From Polaromonas sp. (GTDB taxonomy: Bacteria; Pseudomonadota; Gammaproteobacteria; Burkholderiales; Burkholderiaceae_C), in the NCBI GenBank assembly GCA_046303055.1, contig JBKCGU010000042.1:21304-85303 (forward strand): 64,000 nt of DNA, read 5' to 3'. Positions 8,942 through 17,661 of the stretch are shown piece by piece. Positions within the stretch are counted from its first letter, which is position 1, and each line of letters opens with the position of its first letter. Position numbers and translations under genes: made by a program. The notes below the pieces were generated by a model. That model did no database searches, was not told where the DNA came from, and worked only from the letters and a program-made list of their open reading frames with translations.

Positions 8942-9028
8942 TCAATATGCGCATAGGTAAGCGGGCTTGCCCGCAATGACCGTGTTAAGCTGATTCAACA
9001 GTGTGGTGACTTTTTCTTTGACTTGCAT
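8942..9028 (-). pseudogene. N-terminal remnant of MoxR-family AAA+ ATPase
   Basis: MQVKEKVTTLLNQLNTVIAGKP, then divergence and a stop; LNQLNTVI.GK is the typical MoxR start; divergent from the deacetylase gene. Confidence 0.7.
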
Positions 9029-9058
9029 TTCAATACGGTAACTCAGAATATTTACGCA

Positions 9059-10012
9059 ATGAACGCGACTGGTTATTTCACGCACCCCGACTGCCGAAAA
9101 CACGAGATGGGACACGGCCACCCCGAATGCCCGGAGCGGCTTGACGCGATTGACGACTGGCTTCTGGCCACCGGAGTCAAAGACGCGCTCGACTGCCGCC
9201 AAGCACCCGAGGCTCCCATCGCTGACATCGAGCTGGGCCATGACCGCATGATGGTGGCCGGTATTCGGGGCCTGGGCGCGCAATTGCTGGACGACATCAA
9301 TGCAGGCGGGCCACCCTACGCGTCGATCGACCCTGACACCACGATGAATGTCCATACGTGGAGCGCCGCTTTGCACGCAGCAGGCGCCACGCTGGCTGCT
9401 ACCGATGCAGTGATGGCAGGCGAGATGGAAAACGCTTTTTGCGCCGTGCGACCGCCCGGCCACCATGCCTGTCATGACAAAGCCATGGGTTTTTGTTTTT
9501 TCAACAACATTGCCATTGCCGCACGTTATGCGCTTGAGCGTCATGGCCTAAAGCGCGTTGCGGTGGTTGACTTTGACGTCCACCACGGCAATGGCACAGA
9601 AGACATTTTGACGGGTGACGACCGGGTGCTGATGGTTGGGTTTTTCCAGCACCCGTTTTACCCTTACAGCGGCACCGCCCATCCGGCCAGCAACATGCTG
9701 AACCTGCCCGTGCCCGCTTACACCAAAGGCATGGCGGTGCGCGAGATGATTGAGACCTACTGGATGCCGCGGCTGGACGCGTTTGAGCCTGACATGATAT
9801 TTATCAGCGCCGGGTTTGATGCCCATCGTGACGATGATTTGGGCCAGATGGGCCTGCTCGAGCAGGACTATGCGTGGATCACCCAGCGCATCAAGGACGT
9901 GGCCAAGCGACATTCACAGGGCCGAATTGTCTCAAGTCTGGAAGGCGGCTATCACCTGAACGCTTTGGCCCGCAGTGTCGAAGCGCACATCCGTGTGCTG
10001 GCAGATTTGTAG
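9059..10012 (+). CDS. Histone deacetylase-family amidohydrolase (Zn-dependent)
   Basis: HPECPERL, RPPGHHA, GFCFFNN, DFDVHHGNGT, SAGFDAH, LEGGY; start taken at MNATGYF. Confidence 0.95.
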   Translation: MNATGYFTHPDCRKHEMGHGHPECPERLDAIDDWLLATGVKDALDCRQAPEAPIADIELGHDRMMVAGIRGLGAQLLDDINAGGPPYASIDPDTTMNVHTWSAALHAAGATLAATDAVMAGEMENAFCAVRPPGHHACHDKAMGFCFFNNIAIAARYALERHGLKRVAVVDFDVHHGNGTEDILTGDDRVLMVGFFQHPFYPYSGTAHPASNMLNLPVPAYTKGMAVREMIETYWMPRLDAFEPDMIFISAGFDAHRDDDLGQMGLLEQDYAWITQRIKDVAKRHSQGRIVSSLEGGYHLNALARSVEAHIRVLADL

Positions 10013-10020
10013 ACTTGCCT

Positions 10021-10818
10021 ATGACCTCAACACCCACCGAACTCCCGCCACCCGTCATCCACACCCGGGACGCCCGGGGTGTGCACACGCTGGTACTGAA
10101 TCGCGCCGCCACTTTCAATGCCCTGAGCGGCGACATGCTGGCCGCGCTGCAAGCGGCGCTTGACTTTGTTACTGACGATGCCACGGCTCGATTGGTGGTC
10201 ATTGCCGCCGAAGGCAAGGCCTTTTGCGCTGGCCACAACCTCAAAGACATGCGCGCTCACCCCGAACTGGCGTACTACCAAAAATTGTTTGCCCAATGCA
10301 CGCGCATGATGCTGACGATTCAAAATTTGCCTGTGCCGGTCATTGCCAGGGTCCAGGGCCTGGCCACTGCCGCGGGCTGTCAATTGGTGGCCCAGTGCGA
10401 TTTGGCCGTGGCGGCCAGCAACGCCACTTTTGGCGTCAACGGGATTGACGTGGGCCTGTTTTGTGCCACACCCAGTGTGCCGCTGGTGCGCAACATACCC
10501 GCCAAGCAAGCCATGGAAATGCTGCTGACGGGCGAGTTCATCAGTGCAGATGAGGCGCGTGGTCGCGGCCTGATCAACCGGGTAGCGCCGCTTGACGCGC
10601 TTGATGCGGAGCTTGAAAAACTGGTGCTGTCCATCCTGGCCAAACCGCGTCAAGCCGTTGCCATGGGCAAAGCACTTTTTTACCAGCAGCGCGAAACCGG
10701 TATTGAGGCTGCTTATCAGCTGGCAGGCCAAACCATGGCCTGCAATATGAACCACCCGGTCGCCCAAGAAGGCGTGCAGGCGTTCATCGACAAGAGGAAG
10801 CCGCAATGGGCAATGTGA
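10021..10818 (+). CDS. Enoyl-CoA hydratase/isomerase family protein
   Basis: AFCAGHNLK, PVIARVQGLATAAGCQLV crotonase motifs; start at MTSTP. Confidence 0.92.
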   Translation: MTSTPTELPPPVIHTRDARGVHTLVLNRAATFNALSGDMLAALQAALDFVTDDATARLVVIAAEGKAFCAGHNLKDMRAHPELAYYQKLFAQCTRMMLTIQNLPVPVIARVQGLATAAGCQLVAQCDLAVAASNATFGVNGIDVGLFCATPSVPLVRNIPAKQAMEMLLTGEFISADEARGRGLINRVAPLDALDAELEKLVLSILAKPRQAVAMGKALFYQQRETGIEAAYQLAGQTMACNMNHPVAQEGVQAFIDKRKPQWAM

Positions 10819-12182
10819 GTTTTTTAAGCTTGTTGAGCCTGAGCACGATTTTCCCGCCGGGCTTGTTTTCGGGATCGGCAGCTTACCCCAGGCAGCGGAT
10901 TGATAGCTTTGACCAATGGCTGTCTGCCATCACGCAGCCCACAGCGCTGGTGGAGCTGGCCGTGTTGTTGGCCTGCGCACTGCTGGCCTGGGCGGTGGTG
11001 CGGCTGGTTCGCCAGATCAGCCGCAATACCGATGTCACGTCAATTCTGTTTGGCAAACGCAACATCGACGGGGTGCTGTTTCCCTTGCTGCTGTTGCTGG
11101 CGGCGTACACCTTCAGCGTTCTGTTGGCCCGGCTGTTTCCGCTGGCGGTCTTCAAAGTCGCGATTCCGGTGTTGCTGTCGCTGGCAGTTATCCGCCTGGG
11201 CGCGAAGGTGCTGCAAGCCGCTTTCAGCAATGCCCCGTGGGTGCGCGCGCTGGAGCGCTCAATCTCCTGGCTGGCCTGGCTCGCCATGTTGCTGTGGGTC
11301 AGTGGTTTGCTGCCGGTGGTTTTGGAGGAACTCGATGCCATTCACTGGAAAATGGGCGGCAGCACACTCTCAGTGCGTACTTTGCTGGAAGGGTTTTTGA
11401 CAGCCAGCGTGGTGATTTTGATCACGCTGTGGTTGTCGTCGAGCATCGAATCCAAACTGCTGCGCAAAGCCACTGGCAATGAGTTGTCGCTGCGTAAGGC
11501 TGCCAGCAACGTCATCCGTGTGGTGCTGTTGTTTGTCGGCCTCATGGTCGCCTTGTCGGCGGTTGGTATTGACTTGACGGCGCTGTCGGTGCTGGGCGGT
11601 GCGATCGGCGTGGGTGTGGGCTTTGGCCTGCAAAAGCTGGCCGCCAACTACGTCAGCGGTTTTGTCATGCTGGCTGAGCGCAGCGTGCGCATTGGCGACA
11701 ACGTGCGGGTTGACGGTTTTGAAGGGCTCATTACCGACATCCGGGCGCGTTACACCGTGGTGCGCGCACTGTCGGGGCGTGAATCTATCGTGCCTAATGA
11801 AATGTTTATCATCAACCGGATTGAAAACCTCTCCCTGGCTGATTTGCGGGTGCTGCAGTCGACTGTGGTGTCGGTTGGATATGACAGCGATGTCGATCTG
11901 GTCATGCGACTGCTGGCCGATGCAGCGCTGTTGCAGGAGCGCGTTTTGAAAGACCCAGGGCCTGCGGTAAACCTGACCAACTTTGGCCCTGATGGCCTTG
12001 AATTCACCCTCAATTACTGGATAGATGACCCCGAAAACGGTCAGCAAAATTTGCGTTCGCTGGTCAACCTCGCGGCTTTGGCGGCACTGCGTGCCCACGG
12101 CATTGAAATTCCCCTCCCGCAGCGGGTGTTGCACACGAGAATCGATGCCAAAACGGAGCCCAGTAATGGCTCAAACGCCTGA
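10806..12182 (+). CDS. MscS-family mechanosensitive channel (start uncertain)
   Basis: Multiple TM helices, GAIGVGVGFGLQ..AANYVSG, GDNV, ESIVPNE, VSVGYDSD. Confidence 0.9.
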   Translation: MGNVSFLSLLSLSTIFPPGLFSGSAAYPRQRIDSFDQWLSAITQPTALVELAVLLACALLAWAVVRLVRQISRNTDVTSILFGKRNIDGVLFPLLLLLAAYTFSVLLARLFPLAVFKVAIPVLLSLAVIRLGAKVLQAAFSNAPWVRALERSISWLAWLAMLLWVSGLLPVVLEELDAIHWKMGGSTLSVRTLLEGFLTASVVILITLWLSSSIESKLLRKATGNELSLRKAASNVIRVVLLFVGLMVALSAVGIDLTALSVLGGAIGVGVGFGLQKLAANYVSGFVMLAERSVRIGDNVRVDGFEGLITDIRARYTVVRALSGRESIVPNEMFIINRIENLSLADLRVLQSTVVSVGYDSDVDLVMRLLADAALLQERVLKDPGPAVNLTNFGPDGLEFTLNYWIDDPENGQQNLRSLVNLAALAALRAHGIEIPLPQRVLHTRIDAKTEPSNGSNA

Positions 12183-12192
12183 AGCGATTCAA

Positions 12193-12212
12193 AAAAGAAC
12201 GACCGTTCTTTT
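12193..12212. promoter_or_regulatory. Palindromic operator, FadP/TetR-like, upstream of etfBA
   Basis: AAAAGAACGACCGTTCTTTT, near-perfect palindrome ~115 bp upstream of etfB; same motif at 45020. Confidence 0.7.
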
Positions 12213-12326
12213 TTCTGTAAACTAGAGGCCATTCAAGCCAGTTGTAAACCATGCGTAACCCACAGACGCATAAAATGCAGGGTTTACCTTTACGTCAACG
12301 TCAATTAACCATCCTGGAGCCGCGCA

Positions 12327-13076
12327 ATGAAGGTTTTGGTACCCGTCAAAAGAGTCGTCGATTACAACGTCAAAGTTCGCGTTAAGTCCGACGGCACAGG
12401 CGTTGATATCGCCAACGTCAAAATGAGCATGAACCCCTTTGACGAGATCGCCATTGAAGAAGCCACGCGGCTGAAGGAAAAAGGTGTTGTCACTGAAGTC
12501 GTTGCTGTCAGCTGTGGTGTGTTGCAGTGTCAGGAAACCCTGCGCACGGCCATGGCCATTGGCGCAGACCGCGCCATTTTGGTGGAAACTGCTGAAGAAC
12601 TGCAGCCGTTGGCTGTGGCCAAGCTGCTCAAGGCACTGGTTGACAAAGAACAACCACAACTCGTCATTCTGGGCAAGCAAGCCATTGATGACGACTGTAA
12701 CCAGACCGGCCAGATGCTGGCTGCCTTGCTGGGCTGGCCCCAAGCGACGTTTGCCTCCAAAGTTGAAGTTGCTGATGGCGTTGCCAAGGTCACCCGTGAG
12801 GTTGATGGTGGTCTGGAAACCCTGTCCCTCACCCTGCCTGCCATCATCACGACTGACTTGCGCCTGAACGAGCCGCGTTATGTCACCCTGCCCAACATCA
12901 TGAAGGCCAAGAAGAAGCAGCTGGATAACTTCAAGCCTGAAGACCTGGGTGTCGATGTCAAACCGCGCATCAAGACCCTCAAGGTCAGCGAGCCGCCCAA
13001 GCGCAGCGCGGGTATCAAGGTGGCCGATGTGGCCGCGCTGGTTGACAAGCTCAAAAACGAAGCCAAAGTGATTTAA
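12327..13076 (+). CDS. etfB: Electron transfer flavoprotein beta subunit
   Basis: [41 protein letters not shown]. Confidence 0.98.
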   Translation: MKVLVPVKRVVDYNVKVRVKSDGTGVDIANVKMSMNPFDEIAIEEATRLKEKGVVTEVVAVSCGVLQCQETLRTAMAIGADRAILVETAEELQPLAVAKLLKALVDKEQPQLVILGKQAIDDDCNQTGQMLAALLGWPQATFASKVEVADGVAKVTREVDGGLETLSLTLPAIITTDLRLNEPRYVTLPNIMKAKKKQLDNFKPEDLGVDVKPRIKTLKVSEPPKRSAGIKVADVAALVDKLKNEAKVI

Positions 13077-13086
13077 GGACGCTACC

Positions 13087-14019
13087 ATGACCTCTTTAGT
13101 AATTGCCGAACATGACAACGCCAGCATCAAGCCGGCCACCCTGAACACCGTCACAGCCGCTGCCCAGTGCGGTGGTGAGGTTCATATTCTGGTTGCTGGC
13201 AAGGGCGCTGAAGGCGCCGCAAAAGCCGCTTCAGCGATTGCCGGCGTCGCCAAAGTCATTCATGTCGAGGGTGATCATTTTGCCCACGGCCTGGCCGAAA
13301 ACATGGCGGCGCAAATTCTGTCGATCGCTTCAGGGTACTCACACATTCTTTTTCCGGCCACTGCCTCGGGCAAGAACATTGCACCGCGTGTTGCCGCAGC
13401 GCTCGATGTGGGCCAGATTTCTGACATCACCAAAGTTGATGCCCCTGACACCTTTGAGCGTCCCATTTACGCTGGCAACGCGATTGCCACCGTGCAAAGC
13501 ATGGACGCTACCAAAGTCATCACCGTGCGCACCACCGGTTTTGACCCCATTGCCAGCTCGGGCGGCAGCGCCGCCATTGAAGTGCTCGCGGGTGTGGCCG
13601 ATAGCGGTAAAACGGCATTTTTGGGCTCAGAAATTGCCAAAAACGACCGCCCTGAACTGACAGCAGCCAAGATCATTGTCTCCGGTGGTCGTGCTTTAGG
13701 TTCTGCGGAAAAATTCAACGATGTCATGACACCGCTGGCGGACAAGCTGGGCGCCGCACTTGGCGCATCGCGCGCCGCGGTCGATGCGGGCTACGCCCCG
13801 AACGACTGGCAAGTTGGCCAGACCGGCAAGATCGTGGCGCCTCAACTGTACATCGCCGCAGGTATATCGGGCGCCATCCAGCATCTGGCTGGCATGAAAG
13901 ACAGCAAGGTTATCGTCGCCATCAACAAAGACCCCGAAGCACCGATTTTCAGCGTGGCTGACTATGGACTCGAGGCTGATCTGTTTGCCGCTGTTCCTGA
14001 GCTGACGGCAGCACTTTAA
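13087..14019 (+). CDS. etfA: Electron transfer flavoprotein alpha subunit
   Basis: [40 protein letters not shown]. Confidence 0.98.
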   Translation: MTSLVIAEHDNASIKPATLNTVTAAAQCGGEVHILVAGKGAEGAAKAASAIAGVAKVIHVEGDHFAHGLAENMAAQILSIASGYSHILFPATASGKNIAPRVAAALDVGQISDITKVDAPDTFERPIYAGNAIATVQSMDATKVITVRTTGFDPIASSGGSAAIEVLAGVADSGKTAFLGSEIAKNDRPELTAAKIIVSGGRALGSAEKFNDVMTPLADKLGAALGASRAAVDAGYAPNDWQVGQTGKIVAPQLYIAAGISGAIQHLAGMKDSKVIVAINKDPEAPIFSVADYGLEADLFAAVPELTAAL

Positions 14020-14081
14020 CCGCTTGACGAGCCCGCCGCAGCACATCGCCGCGGCTTGAAACACGACGACAGAAACATCAC

Positions 14082-15914
14082 ATGACCTACAAAGCCCCTC
14101 TCAAAGACATGTTGTTCAACATCCGGCACATCGCTGATATTGAGCAGGTCGCCAAAATTCCCGGTTTTGCGGATGCGGGCTTTGAAACGGCACAGGCGGT
14201 GCTTGAAGAATGTGCCAAATTCAATGAAGGTGTGCTGGCCCCCCTGAACTGGGCGGGCGACATCAATCCGTCAAGCTTCAAAGACGGTGTGGTCACCACC
14301 ACGCCCGGCTTCAAGGAAGCGTTCAAGCAATACGCTGAAGGCGGCTGGCAGGCGCTACAGCACCCGCCTGAATACGGCGGCCAGGGCCTGCCGAAAACCA
14401 TTGGTGCGGCCTGCGGCGAAATGCTGAACTCGGCCAACATGAGCTTTGCCCTGTGCCCGCTGCTGAGTGACGGCGCGATTGAGGCGCTGCTGACGGCCGG
14501 CAGTGATGAACTCAAAGCGACCTACCTTGAGAAACTGGTGATTGGCGAATGGACCGGCACGATGAACCTGACCGAGCCGCAAGCAGGCTCAGACCTGGCC
14601 GCCGTTCGCTCACGCGCCGAGCCGCAAGCCGATGGCACCTACAAGGTGTTTGGCACCAAGATTTACATCACCTACGGTGAGCACGACATGGCCGACAACA
14701 TCGTGCACCTGGTGCTGGCGCGTGTGACGGGTGCCCCTGAAGGCGTGAAGGGCATCAGCCTGTTTGTGGTGCCGAAATTCATGGTTGGCAAAGATGGTGC
14801 TTTAGGCGCGCGCAACGACGTGCATTGCGTCAGCATTGAGCACAAAATGGGCATCAAAGCCTCACCGACTGCCGTGCTGCAGTATGGCGACAACGGCGGG
14901 GCTGTGGGTTACATCGTCGGGCAAGAAAATCGCGGCCTCGAATACATGTTTATCATGATGAATTCGGCCCGCTATGCCGTCGGTGTGCAGGGTATCGCGA
15001 TTGCCGAGCGCGCCTACCAAAAAGCGGTCAGCTTTGCCAAAGATCGCGTGCAAAGTCGCCCGGTCGATGGTTCGATCAAGGCCAGCGCGCCCATCATTTA
15101 CCACCCTGACGTCAAGCGCATGCTGATGACCATGCGCGCCTACACCGAAGGTTGCCGCGCCATGGCCAGCGGCGCAGCGGCTGCGTATGACGCAAGTCAC
15201 CACCATCCCGATGCGGATGTGCGCAAGCAGAACCTGGCGTTTTATGAGTTCATGGTGCCCTTGGTCAAAGGCTACAGCACCGAAATGAGTCTGGAAGTCA
15301 CCTCTTTGGGCGTGCAAGTTCACGGCGGCATGGGCTTTATTGAAGAAACGGGCGCTGCGCAGTACTACCGGGACGCCAAAATTCTGACGATTTACGAGGG
15401 CACAACAGCCATTCAGGCCAACGACCTGATTGGCCGAAAAACAATGCGCGACGGCGGTCAGACTGCCAAGGCGATTGCGGCGCAAATTGAAGTGACGGAA
15501 GGCGAGTTGCTCAAACGAGGCAACGCCGATGCGCTGGCTCAATTACCAGGCAGCGCTGACGCGCTTGCTGTGGCCAAGCGCCTGAAAGCCGCGCGTTTGG
15601 CGCTAGTCGATGTGATTGAGTTTGTGGTCGATTTCGGCAAGAACAGCCCCAGTGCGGTCTTTTCAGGCAGCGTGCCCTACCTGATGTTGGCAGGCAACGT
15701 GGTGGCAGGCTGGCAAATGGCCCGTGCATTGCTGGCAGCCCAGGAGCAACTCGATAAATCGCAAGAGGGGGGCGTCGACGTTGGCTTCATGAAAGCCAAG
15801 ATCACCACGGCGCGGTTTTATGCCGACCACCTGCTGACCAAAGTGCCCGGCATGCGCGACAGCATTGTTGAGGGTGCAGACTGCGTTACCGCGCTGGCGC
15901 TTGAAGCATTTTGA
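14082..15914 (+). CDS. Acyl-CoA dehydrogenase (long ~600-aa type, DmdC-like)
   Basis: GTMNLTEPQAGSDL, KIYIT.GEHD, IEHKMGI.ASPT, QVHGGMGFIEE, IYEGTT.IQA. Confidence 0.94.
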   Translation: MTYKAPLKDMLFNIRHIADIEQVAKIPGFADAGFETAQAVLEECAKFNEGVLAPLNWAGDINPSSFKDGVVTTTPGFKEAFKQYAEGGWQALQHPPEYGGQGLPKTIGAACGEMLNSANMSFALCPLLSDGAIEALLTAGSDELKATYLEKLVIGEWTGTMNLTEPQAGSDLAAVRSRAEPQADGTYKVFGTKIYITYGEHDMADNIVHLVLARVTGAPEGVKGISLFVVPKFMVGKDGALGARNDVHCVSIEHKMGIKASPTAVLQYGDNGGAVGYIVGQENRGLEYMFIMMNSARYAVGVQGIAIAERAYQKAVSFAKDRVQSRPVDGSIKASAPIIYHPDVKRMLMTMRAYTEGCRAMASGAAAAYDASHHHPDADVRKQNLAFYEFMVPLVKGYSTEMSLEVTSLGVQVHGGMGFIEETGAAQYYRDAKILTIYEGTTAIQANDLIGRKTMRDGGQTAKAIAAQIEVTEGELLKRGNADALAQLPGSADALAVAKRLKAARLALVDVIEFVVDFGKNSPSAVFSGSVPYLMLAGNVVAGWQMARALLAAQEQLDKSQEGGVDVGFMKAKITTARFYADHLLTKVPGMRDSIVEGADCVTALALEAF

Positions 15915-15926
15915 ATATTTTTCAGA

Positions 15927-15980
15927 ACTATCTTTTCGATAGCTGTTCGCCCTTATATTCATTGGGTTAAAAGCCTATTT
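15927..15980 (-). repeat. 54-bp element (family A), intergenic
   Basis: Reverse complement aaataggcttttaacccaatgaatataagggcgaacagctatcgaaaagatagt. Confidence 0.8.
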
Positions 15981-16015
15981 AACATCCTAGAACAGCCTTT
16001 TTTTGAGTCAAATGT

Positions 16016-16966
16016 ATGTCCAAACTGCCAGCTCCTCTCAATAACCTGCCGCTGCCCATCATTGGCTCGCCGCTGTTCATCATCAGCAACCCCAAGCTGG
16101 TGATTGCCCAGTGCATTGCCGGTGTGGTCGGCTCCATGCCTGCGCTGAACGCCCGGCCTGCCGAGCAGCTCGAAGAATGGCTGATCGAGATCTCTGAGGC
16201 CTTGGCGGCCTACAACAGCGCCAACCCAGACAAGCCCGCCGCACCGTTTGCCATCAACCAGATCGTGCACAAGTCAAACGACCGGCTGGAACACGACATG
16301 GCGATGTGCGTCAAATACAAAGTGCCCATCATCATCACCAGCCTGGGGGCGCGTGAAGAGATCAACGCGGCCGCCCACAGCTACGGCGGGGTGGTGCTGC
16401 ACGACATCATCAACAACAAACATGCCCACAAAGCCATTGAAAAGGGCGCTGACGGTCTGATTGCCGTCGCCGCCGGGGCCGGTGGTCATGCGGGCGTCAA
16501 AAGTCCATTTGCCCTGATTCAGGAAATCCGTCAATGGTTTGATGGCCCGATCGCGCTGTCAGGCGCTATTTCAACTGGCGGCGCAGTGCTCGCCGCCCAG
16601 GCCATGGGGGCCGACTTCGGCTACATTGGATCGGCTTTTATTGCAACCACGGAAGCGCGCGCTTCTGACGCTTACAAACAAGCCATTGTGGACAGCAACT
16701 CAGACGACATCATCTACAGCAACCTTTTCACAGGCGTCCACGGCAACTATCTGGCGCCGTCAATTCGCGCGGCCGGCATGGACCCCGACAACCTGCCTGT
16801 CAGCGACCCCAGCAAAATGAACTTTGGCGGCGACAAGTCCAAGGCATGGAAAGACATCTGGGGCTGCGGCCAGGGCATTGGCGTCATTGACAAGGTGCAA
16901 AGCACGGCTGACTTCGTGGCGCAGCTGCGGCGTGAATACGAGTCAGCCAAAGCGCGATTGATGTAG
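16016..16966 (+). CDS. Nitronate monooxygenase-family (FabK/NMO-like) FMN protein
   Basis: AAGAGGHAG, ALSGAISTG, AMGADFGYIGSAFIAT.EA, WGCGQG. Confidence 0.9.
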   Translation: MSKLPAPLNNLPLPIIGSPLFIISNPKLVIAQCIAGVVGSMPALNARPAEQLEEWLIEISEALAAYNSANPDKPAAPFAINQIVHKSNDRLEHDMAMCVKYKVPIIITSLGAREEINAAAHSYGGVVLHDIINNKHAHKAIEKGADGLIAVAAGAGGHAGVKSPFALIQEIRQWFDGPIALSGAISTGGAVLAAQAMGADFGYIGSAFIATTEARASDAYKQAIVDSNSDDIIYSNLFTGVHGNYLAPSIRAAGMDPDNLPVSDPSKMNFGGDKSKAWKDIWGCGQGIGVIDKVQSTADFVAQLRREYESAKARLM

Positions 16967-17033
16967 CCTGGCTTATTTCTCGAGGACTGTTCATTCAGTC
17001 GGACCCGCCTGAAGCGAAATGAAGAGGATGCCC

Positions 17034-17534
17034 ATGCTGATGAATGTTTTAGACCATAAGCGCCGCGTTTTGGCACTGGTTTGTGCCGCTTGCATCGCCA
17101 TGTTGGCTTTTGGTTTGTACCTGCAGCACGTGGTGGGGCTGGAGCCTTGTCCGATGTGCATCGTGCAGCGTTATGCGCTGGTGCTGGTGGCTATCGTTGC
17201 CGGTATAACGGCTTTTGCCACGCGCAAAAGCCTGCTTGTCACCGGCTCTGGCTTGATGGCCGTGCTGTCTGGACTAGGCGCTTTTGTCGCAGCCCGACAA
17301 AGCTTTTTGCAGTGGTACCCGCCTGAAATTGCCAGTTGCGGTCGTGACCTCTACGGCATCATTGAAACCTTTCCCCTCAAACGTGCTATCCCAATGATTT
17401 TCAAGGGCAGCGGCGATTGCACCAAGATAGACTGGACGTTTTTGGGCTTGTCGATTGCCAACTGGTCCTTTGTGTGTTTTGTGCTGATTGCCGTGCTGGC
17501 GATCGCCCTTGTTTTCAGGCTGTTGAAAAAGTAA
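17034..17534 (+). CDS. dsbB: Disulfide bond formation protein B
   Basis: LEPCPMCIVQR CxxC motif, four TM segments, second Cys pair ASCG...GDC; start chosen after the GAGGA RBS. Confidence 0.93.
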   Translation: MLMNVLDHKRRVLALVCAACIAMLAFGLYLQHVVGLEPCPMCIVQRYALVLVAIVAGITAFATRKSLLVTGSGLMAVLSGLGAFVAARQSFLQWYPPEIASCGRDLYGIIETFPLKRAIPMIFKGSGDCTKIDWTFLGLSIANWSFVCFVLIAVLAIALVFRLLKK

Positions 17535-17587
17535 GTTATGGTCCGTTTTGGCCCGCGCGGCCTCGGGTAACATTGACACCAGTGATT

Positions 17588-17636
17588 TTTTAGGCCGCTT
17601 GCCTTGCAAGCAATAAAAGCCAAAAGAATCAAGAGC
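17588..17636 (+). repeat. Degenerate copy of family A element, upstream of smc
   Basis: tttaggccgcttgcc...aatcaagagc; the ends resemble the element but it is ~5 bp short. Confidence 0.4.
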
Positions 17637-17661
17637 TTACAAAACAAATACGGGTTGTCTT

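Noticed and set aside
12222-12240. Additional family A copy (ctagaggccatt)
   Set aside because: Only one end of the element matches; too short to support.
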